Positions 8,748 to 16,344 of a DNA stretch of 24,000 bases are shown here, in pieces. The stretch is from positions 130,734 through 154,733 of the forward strand of contig LM994625.1 of NCBI GenBank assembly GCA_000752675.2, in the 5' to 3' direction. A program made the translations under genes and the position numbers. The DNA is from a bacterium OL-1. GTDB taxonomy: Bacteria; Actinomycetota; Coriobacteriia; Coriobacteriales; Atopobiaceae. The notes beneath the pieces were generated by a model that made no database searches, was not told the DNA's origin, and saw only the letters and a list, made by a program, of their open reading frames with translations. Every line of letters begins with the position of its first letter. Position 1 is the first letter of the stretch.

Positions 8748-8805
8748 AGTATCCCATCATCGAATCCACACCTTAAGAGTGGTTTTGTCGCAGCCCCTGT
8801 GACAA
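8748..8805 (-). promoter_or_regulatory. Candidate promoter and upstream 21-bp imperfect palindrome for the block A PTS operon
   Basis: On the minus strand, TTAAGG (8771-8776), a 17-nt spacer and GATACT (8748-8753) form a weak sigma-70-like pair. The palindrome TTGTCGCAG-CCC-CTGTGACAA at 8785-8805 (8 of 9 arm positions pair) lies 8 nt upstream of the -35 element. Confidence 0.3.
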
Positions 8806-8857
8806 AGGCTGGCCGTTATTTAGGACTGGGATGCCCCAGGCGGGGGGCGAGATAACT

Positions 8858-8900
8858 TTGCCCGGCAATGGGATTCCATCGCCGGGCAACGGAGTTGCAT
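8858..8900. repeat. Dispersed motif copy: TTGCCCGGCAA half-site plus GGGATTCCATCGCCGGGCAACGGAGTTGCAT
   Basis: It shares GGGATT, the GCC(C/G)GGCAA core and GAGTTGCAT with the copies at 449-479, 9322-9352 and 17875-17905. Confidence 0.6.
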
Positions 8901-8991
8901 AAGCGGACTAAGCGACTGATGATTGCGACGTTATCTCTCCTCCGTGGCCACTGATACAATTCCTCTACCGCCTCCGAGGAGGGCAGCGCCC

Positions 8992-9312
8992 ATGGACGAG
9001 AAATGCAAAGATTCCAGCGACCGCACGACCATCGACCTCTCTCAGGAGGGAAGACCCTCCCTCGCCGTGAGCGACGTCCGAATCAAAAGCATGATCTACA
9101 CCGTTCGCGGCGAGCAGGTCATGCTCGACAGCGACCTCGCGAAGCTGTACGGCGTGGAGACCAGAACGCTCAACCAAGCCGTCACGAGGAACCCCGACCG
9201 CTTCCCGGAGCGCTTCTGCTTCAGACTCACAAAAAAATGGGATGGTGATCCGCGGGCATGTCCGTCACGATATGGACGCACCCAAAGACCGAACTCACTG
9301 GACGCGACGTAG
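8992..9312 (+). pseudogene. Truncated or frameshifted ORF6N-domain (KilA-N-like DNA-binding) gene
   Basis: IYTVRGEQVMLDSDLAKLYGVETRTLNQAVTRNPDRFPERFCFRLTK matches the ORF6N domain. Similarity stops right after an A7 run at about 9230-9236, and the remaining reading frame looks unrelated. Confidence 0.6.
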
Positions 9313-9321
9313 AAGCTCGAC

Positions 9322-9352
9322 GGGATTGAGTTGCCCGACAATTGAGTTAGAT
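9322..9352. repeat. Dispersed motif copy GGGATTGAGTTGCCCGACAATTGAGTTAGATGC
   Basis: Direct match to the motif consensus. It has the same orientation as the other copies. Confidence 0.6.
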
Positions 9353-9436
9353 GCAGAAAATGCTACTGGGTGATTTGAGGAATCCAATCTGCCAAAGTTC
9401 CCAACTACGCCGATAAAAGCTGCAATCACATTAGCA

Positions 9437-9724
9437 GTGAAGAGGACCAAGCTGAACGAGCGCAGCATCCCCGTTGACGACGACGGGAGGCCCTGCTCCC
9501 GCAGCAACAGGCGCAGGCGGGTGTGCAGACACTACGTCGGGCCCCACTTCCACGAGCTGCAGCGCACGAGCATCTCGCTATTGATCGCAAACTGCGTGGA
9601 CTTCCGAATCGCCAGCAAGCAAGCCGGACACAGCAAAGTCTCTACCACGATGGACATCCACAGCGATGCCTTCTCCGAAAACGACAGAACATCCGCGAAC
9701 GTGGTTGGAAAGTTTCTAAACTAA
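9437..9724 (+). pseudogene. Tyrosine recombinase (phage integrase family) C-terminal remnant
   Basis: FHELQRTSISLLIANCVDFRIASKQAGHSKVSTTMDIHSDAF aligns to the integrase box II region (HDLRHT...GHSxxxTTxxxYxH). The HxxR motif reads HELQ and the catalytic Tyr position is His. Most of the protein is missing. Confidence 0.7.
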
Positions 9725-9765
9725 ATAACAAGGTACCGAACGGCGTCGAGAGCCGAACGGTACCT
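9721..9765 (-). terminator. Rho-independent terminator of the block B operon
   Basis: AGGTACCGAACGGC/GCCGAACGGTACCT forms an 8-bp plus 4-bp stem with a 2x2 internal mismatch at 9731-9765. On the minus strand it is followed by TGTTATTTAGTTT. Confidence 0.6.
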
Positions 9766-9798
9766 CAAAGGAGTTTCCCACCGCAAGAATTGCAATAG

Positions 9799-11439
9799 TT
9801 AGCTCAACACAGCACCGGTCTTCGCAGAAGCCACCTGCTTCGAGTAACGTTCGAGCAGATGTCCTCCGTTCTCGTGAATAACCGGCTCCCACGATGCGCG
9901 ACGTGCACTCAGCTCCTCGTCTGAGACGTTCAGCTCGATGAGGTTCTTGTTGAGGTCAACATGGATTTCGTCGCCATCCCTCACGAGGGCGATTGTCCCT
10001 CCCTCAAACGCCTCGGGGCAGAGATATCCCACCGAAAGGCCGCCAGAAGCGCCTGAGAAGCGACCATCCGTAATAACTGCCGAATTCGGAATGCCCTTCA
10101 TTATCTCGGTGACGCGGTGCAGTTCCTTCATTCCGGGTCCCCCCTTGGGGCCCTCGTAACGCACGACTACACCGGTGCCAGGCTTGATGGCATGCGCATT
10201 GTACGCAGCAAACGCTTCCTCCTCAGATTCGAAGACCTGGGCCTTGCCTGTCCAAACATGCTGCTCGGCCGGCACGGCGCTGGTTTTCACGAGTGCACCT
10301 TCGGGAGCAAGGTTCCCGTAAAGCACCTGTATTCCATTGCAAACTGAATCTGAATCATCCTGCGTCCGGATGACCGAGCGGTCAACAGGAACGTCCCTGT
10401 CGAGGTTCTCACCCAGCGTCCGTCCAGTAACGGTCATCGCCGAGGTGTCGAGGTCCCCCTCTATGGTCTTGAGCACAGCGGGAACTCCGCCCGCCTTGTA
10501 GAGGTTGATGCAGCTGATGTCACCATTGGGGACGACGTTGCACACGACGGGAGCGTGGCTAGTGATGTCGGCAACCTTGTCCCAGGTGACCTCCAGTCCA
10601 AGCTCATGCGCGAGGGCCGGAAGATGCACCATCGCGTTGAGGGACCCGCCGATAGAGGCAAGGAGCTTTACCGCATTGTCAAGCGCCCCCTGGGTCATGA
10701 TGTCGGAAGGGCATATCCCCTTGCGGACAAGCTCGACGACACGCGCACCGGTCTGCCGTGCGCTGAATCTCCGTTGACTTGTTGAGCTCGGCCAGAGGGC
10801 ACCGTACGGAAGCATCATACCAAGCGCTTCCGAGAGGCATCCCATGGTGTTCGCGGTGCCCAAGAACGGGCAGATGCCAGGCCCGGTGTAGTACTTGAGC
10901 GTTCCCTCTATCACGTCGCGCTCCGAAGCCTCACCACGCAGAAACGCCGCACGAAGAACCTTGGATTGCGAGGGCTTTATCTCGTCATAGCAGGGTCCTG
11001 CGGTAACGATGGCGGAGGGGAGGTTAATACGCGCTGCAGCGTTGAGCATACCCGGGATGATCTTGTCGCATGATCCCATGTAGACGACTCCGTCGAAGAC
11101 CCCCTCTCCCACAATCATGGCCTCGCAGGAGTCGGTGATGAGGTCGCGGTGCGGCAGGCAGTAGCGCATACCGGGATGCCCTTGGGCAACACCATCGCAC
11201 ATACCAATAGTGTTGAACTCTATTGGCTCCCCACCGGCCTCGAGCACGCCCTTCTTAACCTCGGCAGCAAGCTGTCGGAGTGGCTCGTGGCCGGGGCAGA
11301 CCTCATTCCAGCTGTTTGCGATCGCAATGAGCGGCTTATCGGGGTCCTCCAGCGAGTCAATCGCAATTCCTGCCGACGCAAGGTGCGCCTTTGATATGGC
11401 CCTCTGGAATGGTTCGAGCTGATCGATCTTACGTTGCAT
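9799..11439 (-). CDS. IlvD/Edd-family dehydratase (sugar-acid or phospho-sugar-acid dehydratase candidate)
   Basis: 546 aa with a GAAAGGGA RBS. Family motifs are NSWNEVCPGH, GMCDGVAQGH, GSCDKIIPGM and GICPFLGTANTM, including three Fe-S cluster Cys positions. Confidence 0.85.
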   Translation of the reverse strand: MQRKIDQLEPFQRAISKAHLASAGIAIDSLEDPDKPLIAIANSWNEVCPGHEPLRQLAAEVKKGVLEAGGEPIEFNTIGMCDGVAQGHPGMRYCLPHRDLITDSCEAMIVGEGVFDGVVYMGSCDKIIPGMLNAAARINLPSAIVTAGPCYDEIKPSQSKVLRAAFLRGEASERDVIEGTLKYYTGPGICPFLGTANTMGCLSEALGMMLPYGALWPSSTSQRRFSARQTGARVVELVRKGICPSDIMTQGALDNAVKLLASIGGSLNAMVHLPALAHELGLEVTWDKVADITSHAPVVCNVVPNGDISCINLYKAGGVPAVLKTIEGDLDTSAMTVTGRTLGENLDRDVPVDRSVIRTQDDSDSVCNGIQVLYGNLAPEGALVKTSAVPAEQHVWTGKAQVFESEEEAFAAYNAHAIKPGTGVVVRYEGPKGGPGMKELHRVTEIMKGIPNSAVITDGRFSGASGGLSVGYLCPEAFEGGTIALVRDGDEIHVDLNKNLIELNVSDEELSARRASWEPVIHENGGHLLERYSKQVASAKTGAVLS

Positions 11440-11494
11440 TATGGTTTCCCTTTCCTGTAAGACAATGAGAGCAAGGAAGTGCTTTTCGGAGGGA

Positions 11495-12400
11495 TTACGA
11501 CCAATCTAGGACGTGCATGGGATTCTCCACGAGCATCCGCCAGTAGTCCTGTTCGTCAATCTCCTTGAGGAGTTGCTCTTTGAGGCCTGTGAGGATGTAG
11601 TCAAGGCCGGGCGTACCACCATATGACTTGAAGTAATTCTTCTTGCCCATGTCTCCTGCTAGGCAAACTTGGCCGCCGAAGCCAGAGCAAACAAAGTCCT
11701 TCAGTAGCGACACCCGGACGGAGTCATGCCCCACCAAATCCCTACCAACATGATCGAAGGAGAGGAACGCTCCTCTTTTCATCAAGGTTTTCATGTAGGC
11801 GGGGTCAAGAGTTAGGTCCGTGTGCGAGAGGCACACGTGCGCCAAGTTCATACCCTCAGCCTCAAGCAGGTCGAGTTGCTCCATGCCCATCGTGCCCTTG
11901 TCGCAATGCGTAATAATTGGGAGATGATGCCTGGACGCAACTTGGGCGGCGATTCTAATCGCCCGCCTCTCCCGCTCCGTGACCTTTCCCAAGGACGTGC
12001 CAATCTTGACAGCCGCCGGCTTGACCTTCGAAAAGCCTATTCCTTCTTCGATCTCGCGTGTCAGCTCGCGAGCAATCTCTGCATCAGACAGACTGTCAAA
12101 CCAACGCGGAAGCCAAAGGTCCTTGTGAAATCCCGTGACGCAGAGCACGTTGATGCCAGCTTGCTGAGATATCAAGCGGAGAGCTTCGGGATTTCGACCA
12201 TATGCAAGTGGCGTCATGTCCACGATGGTGCAGCCACCCGCCGCCTTGAACAGCTCGGCCTCCTCGATGCTTTTCGAGGGCACGTCGAGAGTGTAATCGT
12301 AGTAGCATTCGAGCTCGTCGGGAGAGACGTAGAGGTGCTCATGAATGTAGGTTGTCCCCAGGTCTTGGGGGTCAATCTCTCCGAGGACGGTGTTGATCAT
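11495..12400 (-). CDS. Phosphotriesterase-family (COG1735, PHP-like) amidohydrolase; probable phospho-sugar lactonase
   Basis: 301 aa. Binuclear-metal ligand positions all appear present: HEH (TYIHEHL), Lys in AAVKIG, His in ITHCD, His in LSHTD and Asp in LAGDMG. The start lies 6 nt after the dgoD-like stop. Confidence 0.8.
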   Translation of the reverse strand: MINTVLGEIDPQDLGTTYIHEHLYVSPDELECYYDYTLDVPSKSIEEAELFKAAGGCTIVDMTPLAYGRNPEALRLISQQAGINVLCVTGFHKDLWLPRWFDSLSDAEIARELTREIEEGIGFSKVKPAAVKIGTSLGKVTERERRAIRIAAQVASRHHLPIITHCDKGTMGMEQLDLLEAEGMNLAHVCLSHTDLTLDPAYMKTLMKRGAFLSFDHVGRDLVGHDSVRVSLLKDFVCSGFGGQVCLAGDMGKKNYFKSYGGTPGLDYILTGLKEQLLKEIDEQDYWRMLVENPMHVLDWS

Positions 12401-12406
12401 GGCTAC

Positions 12407-13552
12407 CTACCATTCCGCTATGGTTCCGTCATAGTTCTTCCAGCTGGGATTTCTCCAGACAAGGCCCTCGGCAGAAACCGCCTTTACTATCTCCTCGTCG
12501 ATTTCCAGTCCCAGCCCAGGCCCGCTGGGAACATCAACGTATCCGTCCGAATACTGAAAGACCTCTTTGTTCTTAACAAAGTCGAGAAGATCGAAGCCCT
12601 GATTGTAATGGATGCCTAAGCTCTGCTCCTGAATGAACACGTTGGGTGAGCACGCATCGACCTGAAGGGTTGCAGCAAGAGCGATGGGCCCATAGGGAGC
12701 GTGAGGTGCAGCAGCCATATCGAACGCCTCGGCCATCGCGATAATCTTACGCATCTCGAGGATGCCCCCGCAGAGCGACACGTCTGGCTGGATAATATCA
12801 ACTGCCCCCTGCACAAACAGGCGCTTGAACTCCCAGCGCGAATACAGGCGCTCTCCCGTGGCGATAGGGATGGGTACCTCCCGGGAGATGTCATCAAACG
12901 ATTCCCAGTTCTCCGGAAGAACAGGCTCCTCAATGAACATGGGGTGATACGGGGCAAGGGCATACGCGAGAACCTTTGCCATTGGCTTGTGGACGCGGCC
13001 ATGGAAGTCGATACCGATTTCGATTTCGTTCCCGCAAGCACTCCGGATTGACTCTACCCTGTCGACAACCTGCTGAACCTTGTCGTAGGTATCAACGTAA
13101 TGAAGCTCTTCCGTTGCGTTCATCTTCACGGCGCGGAAACCCTTCGCCAGCCTGTCCGCGGCGCCATTCGCGACATCAGACGGCCGGTCCCCGCCAATCC
13201 AGGAATATACCCGCACGCGGTCGCGCGCCTTCCCTCCCAGAAGCTGCCAAACTGGGACGCCGAGAGCCTTACCCTTGATGTCCCATAGCGCCATCTCGAG
13301 TCCAGAAACAATGGTCCCGTTAATCGGGCCACCACGAAAGAAGGATCTGTGCAGCTCTTGCCAAATCCTCTCAATCTCGAAGGGATCGCGACCGATGATT
13401 CGCTGGGAAAGCTCCCTTGCTCCCTCGACGACTGTTCGCGTTTTGGTCCCTGAGACCATTTCTCCCCACCCGCTGACACCCTCGTCTGTCTCGACCTTGC
13501 AGAAAATCCATCTTGGTTTTACCTCGTAAATCTGAACTCCGGTGATCTTCAT
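12407..13552 (-). CDS. dgoD: D-galactonate dehydratase-like enolase-superfamily enzyme
   Basis: Similarity to E. coli DgoD (recalled from memory) runs end to end: MKIT..., ETDEGV.GWGE, ALWDIKGK, VWQLLGG, DFHGRV, MFIEEP, ATGER, IIQPD, APH.PYGPIALAA, QEQSLGIHYN, LLDFVKNKE, WRNP and the C-terminal AEW. I prefer ATG 13552 (GAGGA 5 nt upstream) over ATG 13558. Confidence 0.9.
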   Translation of the reverse strand: MKITGVQIYEVKPRWIFCKVETDEGVSGWGEMVSGTKTRTVVEGARELSQRIIGRDPFEIERIWQELHRSFFRGGPINGTIVSGLEMALWDIKGKALGVPVWQLLGGKARDRVRVYSWIGGDRPSDVANGAADRLAKGFRAVKMNATEELHYVDTYDKVQQVVDRVESIRSACGNEIEIGIDFHGRVHKPMAKVLAYALAPYHPMFIEEPVLPENWESFDDISREVPIPIATGERLYSRWEFKRLFVQGAVDIIQPDVSLCGGILEMRKIIAMAEAFDMAAAPHAPYGPIALAATLQVDACSPNVFIQEQSLGIHYNQGFDLLDFVKNKEVFQYSDGYVDVPSGPGLGLEIDEEIVKAVSAEGLVWRNPSWKNYDGTIAEW

Positions 13553-13633
13553 TGCCATCCTCGCTATTCGTTGGAAAGAGAGGGGCAGAGCGTGATGCTC
13601 CGCCCCTCATGCGGGTACTGCGTGTATAGGGAA

Positions 13634-14902
13634 CTAGGCAAGGAAGCCTGCGAGCCACTGCAGGCAGAAGCCGATAAGGTGCTCGCCAGCGTCCTCGGTG
13701 GAGATGAACTGCATGCCATCGGGGAGTACGAAGCCGCCGGCAATCGCGAGCTGGGTATGAACCGGCGCAAGGGCGGTAGCAATCCACAGCACGATGCAGG
13801 TAATAATGGTCGTGGAGAGAATACCACGGAAGATGTTGCCCTTACCAAACGCAACAGGCCACGCAGCGAGCCACATCGCCTGGTAAGCAATATCGGCGAT
13901 GGGGAGAAGCTTGTTGCCGGGCAAGACTGCAGCAAGCAGGAGCGTGATAGGAACCATGATGATTCCAACCGTGATGGCGGACTCATTGGCGACGGTCAGG
14001 GCAGCGTCGATACCCATTACGAAGTCGGTACCGGGGAAGCGCTTCTGGAGAATCTCCTTCACGGCGTTTGCGAAAGGAAGGAGACCTTCCATGAGAATCT
14101 GCATCATCTTGGGGGTGAGGACCATCGTTGCGGAGGTGCTCATGGCAACGATAAGGACCTTGTCAATCGAGTCGCCTGCCAGAAGGCCGATTGCCGCGCC
14201 GATGATGAAGCCCATGAACATGGGTTCACCGACGAAGCCGAACTTCTCCTGAACTCCCTTGGGGTTGATGTCGATCTTGTTAATGCCGGGGATGACATCC
14301 CAAAGCTTGTTCAGCGCGTATGCAACCGGAGCCCAGATTGCGGAGTTAGAGGTCGGGAAGTTGACACCCTCGAGCTCGAAGTAATCTTCGACGACAGGAG
14401 TGGTCCAGTCCGCAATCTTGATTGTGATGATGAAGTCAACAGCAGAGGCGATGATGGAAATCCAGGGATTGCCATTGGTGGCATACCAAACCAGAGCGCC
14501 TGTGAAAATGAAGTGGTTATAAGACCAGAAGTCGACCATGACCGTCTTGGTCGTCTTGGTAATCAACATGAGGGCGTTCACGCCGAGAACGACGAAGACA
14601 ACAATTGCGGCAAGGGGGAACGCCCAGGTCGCAGCGGCCCTAGCGGGCCATCCCACATCCATGATGGAGGTCTGGATTCCCCAGTTCGCAACCATGTTGG
14701 TTACGGAATCGGCGACCTGGGCAACAAACCAGTTGATCACCATGTTGACGCCCGCGAAGCCAATACCCACCAGCAAGGCAGACTTTAGTAAAACATTGAT
14801 TTTCACACGGAAGATGAGGCCGAGAATCAAGATGATGATTGGCATCATGACCATAGGACCCATCGAAGCGATGGTTTGGAGACCAGTTACCACAAAGTCC
14901 AT
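13634..14902 (-). CDS. PTS galactitol-family EIIC permease (GatC/SgcC-like)
   Basis: 422 aa, polytopic, with an AGGAGG RBS. The overall sequence has EIIC-GAT family character (my recognition, not a search). Confidence 0.8.
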   Translation of the reverse strand: MDFVVTGLQTIASMGPMVMMPIIILILGLIFRVKINVLLKSALLVGIGFAGVNMVINWFVAQVADSVTNMVANWGIQTSIMDVGWPARAAATWAFPLAAIVVFVVLGVNALMLITKTTKTVMVDFWSYNHFIFTGALVWYATNGNPWISIIASAVDFIITIKIADWTTPVVEDYFELEGVNFPTSNSAIWAPVAYALNKLWDVIPGINKIDINPKGVQEKFGFVGEPMFMGFIIGAAIGLLAGDSIDKVLIVAMSTSATMVLTPKMMQILMEGLLPFANAVKEILQKRFPGTDFVMGIDAALTVANESAITVGIIMVPITLLLAAVLPGNKLLPIADIAYQAMWLAAWPVAFGKGNIFRGILSTTIITCIVLWIATALAPVHTQLAIAGGFVLPDGMQFISTEDAGEHLIGFCLQWLAGFLA

Positions 14903-14932
14903 TGCGTCTACCTCCTAGGTTGCAGTTTTCGC

Positions 14933-15232
14933 TTACGCCTTAAGCTGAGCCTCTATTTCGGCCTTTGCCTTATCCTCGCCAACTCCCGTGACGAAGGCAG
15001 TCCCCTTAATTACGGGCGCATCTCCCGTCTCCACACCCTTGAGTTTGCCCGTAGGAACAATGAAATCCACGTGATTCGAAGCGAGGTTGCCCTGAACCTC
15101 GGAGAACTTGCACTGAATAATGCGAGGCTCAGGCGCACCACAAGCAGCGGCAATTTCCTTCACCTTGGCAACCGCCATAGTCGACGTAATCATCGATGAG
15201 GCGCAGCACACGATAACCGTCTTTTTCTCCAT
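14933..15232 (-). CDS. PTS EIIB component (galactitol/lactose-type small IIB)
   Basis: 99 aa with an N-terminal Cys motif KKTVIVCCASSMITS and a GGAAGGG RBS. Confidence 0.8.
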   Translation of the reverse strand: MEKKTVIVCCASSMITSTMAVAKVKEIAAACGAPEPRIIQCKFSEVQGNLASNHVDFIVPTGKLKGVETGDAPVIKGTAFVTGVGEDKAKAEIEAQLKA

Positions 15233-15245
15233 GCTTTTACCCTTC

Positions 15246-15692
15246 CTAATTGAATAGCTCTATTACCTGTTGCGCGGAATCGGCGTCAGCGATTTGTGCA
15301 ACGAGTTCCTGGTTTTGCAAGACACCCATAATTTTCTGAAGGGCTTCAAGCTGGTGCTCGGGCTTATCGAACACGGAAAGAACAACCACGCTTACCGGAA
15401 TCGACTCATCAGAGTCCTCCATGTTGTGCCACTCGACTGGCTTCTTTAGCGTTGCGACCAGCAGCTGAGTGGTATTTGCGTACTGGTAGTCGGTGTGGGG
15501 AATTGCGACGTTGATGCTTCCGAGGGCGAGCCCCGTCGGATATTCCCTCTCCCGGCTCACCAGATGTTCCTCGTAGGATTGCTTAACCTTGCCCTCGCCA
15601 AAGAGGTGGGTTGATACCAGGTGAAGAACTTCCTGGCAGCTCTCTGCGTCAATGTTGAGGAGAATGTCCTCTGGAAAAAGATTGAGTACCAT
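15246..15692 (-). CDS. PTS EIIA component (PTS_EIIA_2, GatA/mannitol-fructose type)
   Basis: 148 aa with the His motif NVAIPHTD and a GGGAGG RBS. Confidence 0.8.
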   Translation of the reverse strand: MVLNLFPEDILLNIDAESCQEVLHLVSTHLFGEGKVKQSYEEHLVSREREYPTGLALGSINVAIPHTDYQYANTTQLLVATLKKPVEWHNMEDSDESIPVSVVVLSVFDKPEHQLEALQKIMGVLQNQELVAQIADADSAQQVIELFN

Positions 15693-15714
15693 CGGAACTT
15701 AGCCTCCCTACCCG

Positions 15715-16344
15715 CTACCAACGGACCTTCTGCTCGAACGCCTCAATGTCGGCCTTAAGCGCACCCTCATCCATCTCGATGATGTGCTTGGGATCGAAGA
15801 TGCCGGACCCGATGCCGGCATATGAGGCACCTTCGTCGAAGAACTCCTGGCAGTTGTCACCATTCACGCCGCCAACAACCATGATTGGCATGGGATTAAG
15901 AGGGGCCTGGATGTCCTTGATGTACTTTGGGCCAAGCGTGCCTGCGGGGAAGACCTTCACGATGTCCGCGCCCATCTCGAACATGTTCCAGACCTCAGAA
16001 GGCGAGAAGGCCGAGGGAACGGTTAGAAGGCCGTTTGCCTTGCAGATGCTAAAGATCTCCTCGGTAAAGCAGATTGGGGAGAGCGCGAAGCGAGCCCCCG
16101 CCTCGACGGCCGCGTAAGCACGCGCAGTAGAGATGACGGTTCCCGCGCCGACGAGAACGTCATCGCCAAACTCATTTGCGACTTTCTCGATGGTCTGGGC
16201 CGCACCGGGCGTGTTCATCGCAACCTCAACGGCGCCCAGCTTGGTTCCGACCATGCTCTTCACAACGCATCGAACTTGTTCGTAGTTGTATCCGCGAAGA
16301 ATGACCGTCACCTTGGGAAACTTTGTAAGACTGAGGTCTATCAC
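15715..16344 (-). CDS. eda: 2-dehydro-3-deoxy-phosphogluconate/phosphogalactonate (KDPG/KDPGal) aldolase family
   Basis: 209 aa with a GTG start at 16344 and AGGAGGG 5 nt upstream. It has the Eda-type motifs VEVAMNT (Glu), GAGTV and the Schiff-base Lys in VKVFPA. Confidence 0.85.
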   Translation of the reverse strand: MIDLSLTKFPKVTVILRGYNYEQVRCVVKSMVGTKLGAVEVAMNTPGAAQTIEKVANEFGDDVLVGAGTVISTARAYAAVEAGARFALSPICFTEEIFSICKANGLLTVPSAFSPSEVWNMFEMGADIVKVFPAGTLGPKYIKDIQAPLNPMPIMVVGGVNGDNCQEFFDEGASYAGIGSGIFDPKHIIEMDEGALKADIEAFEQKVRW

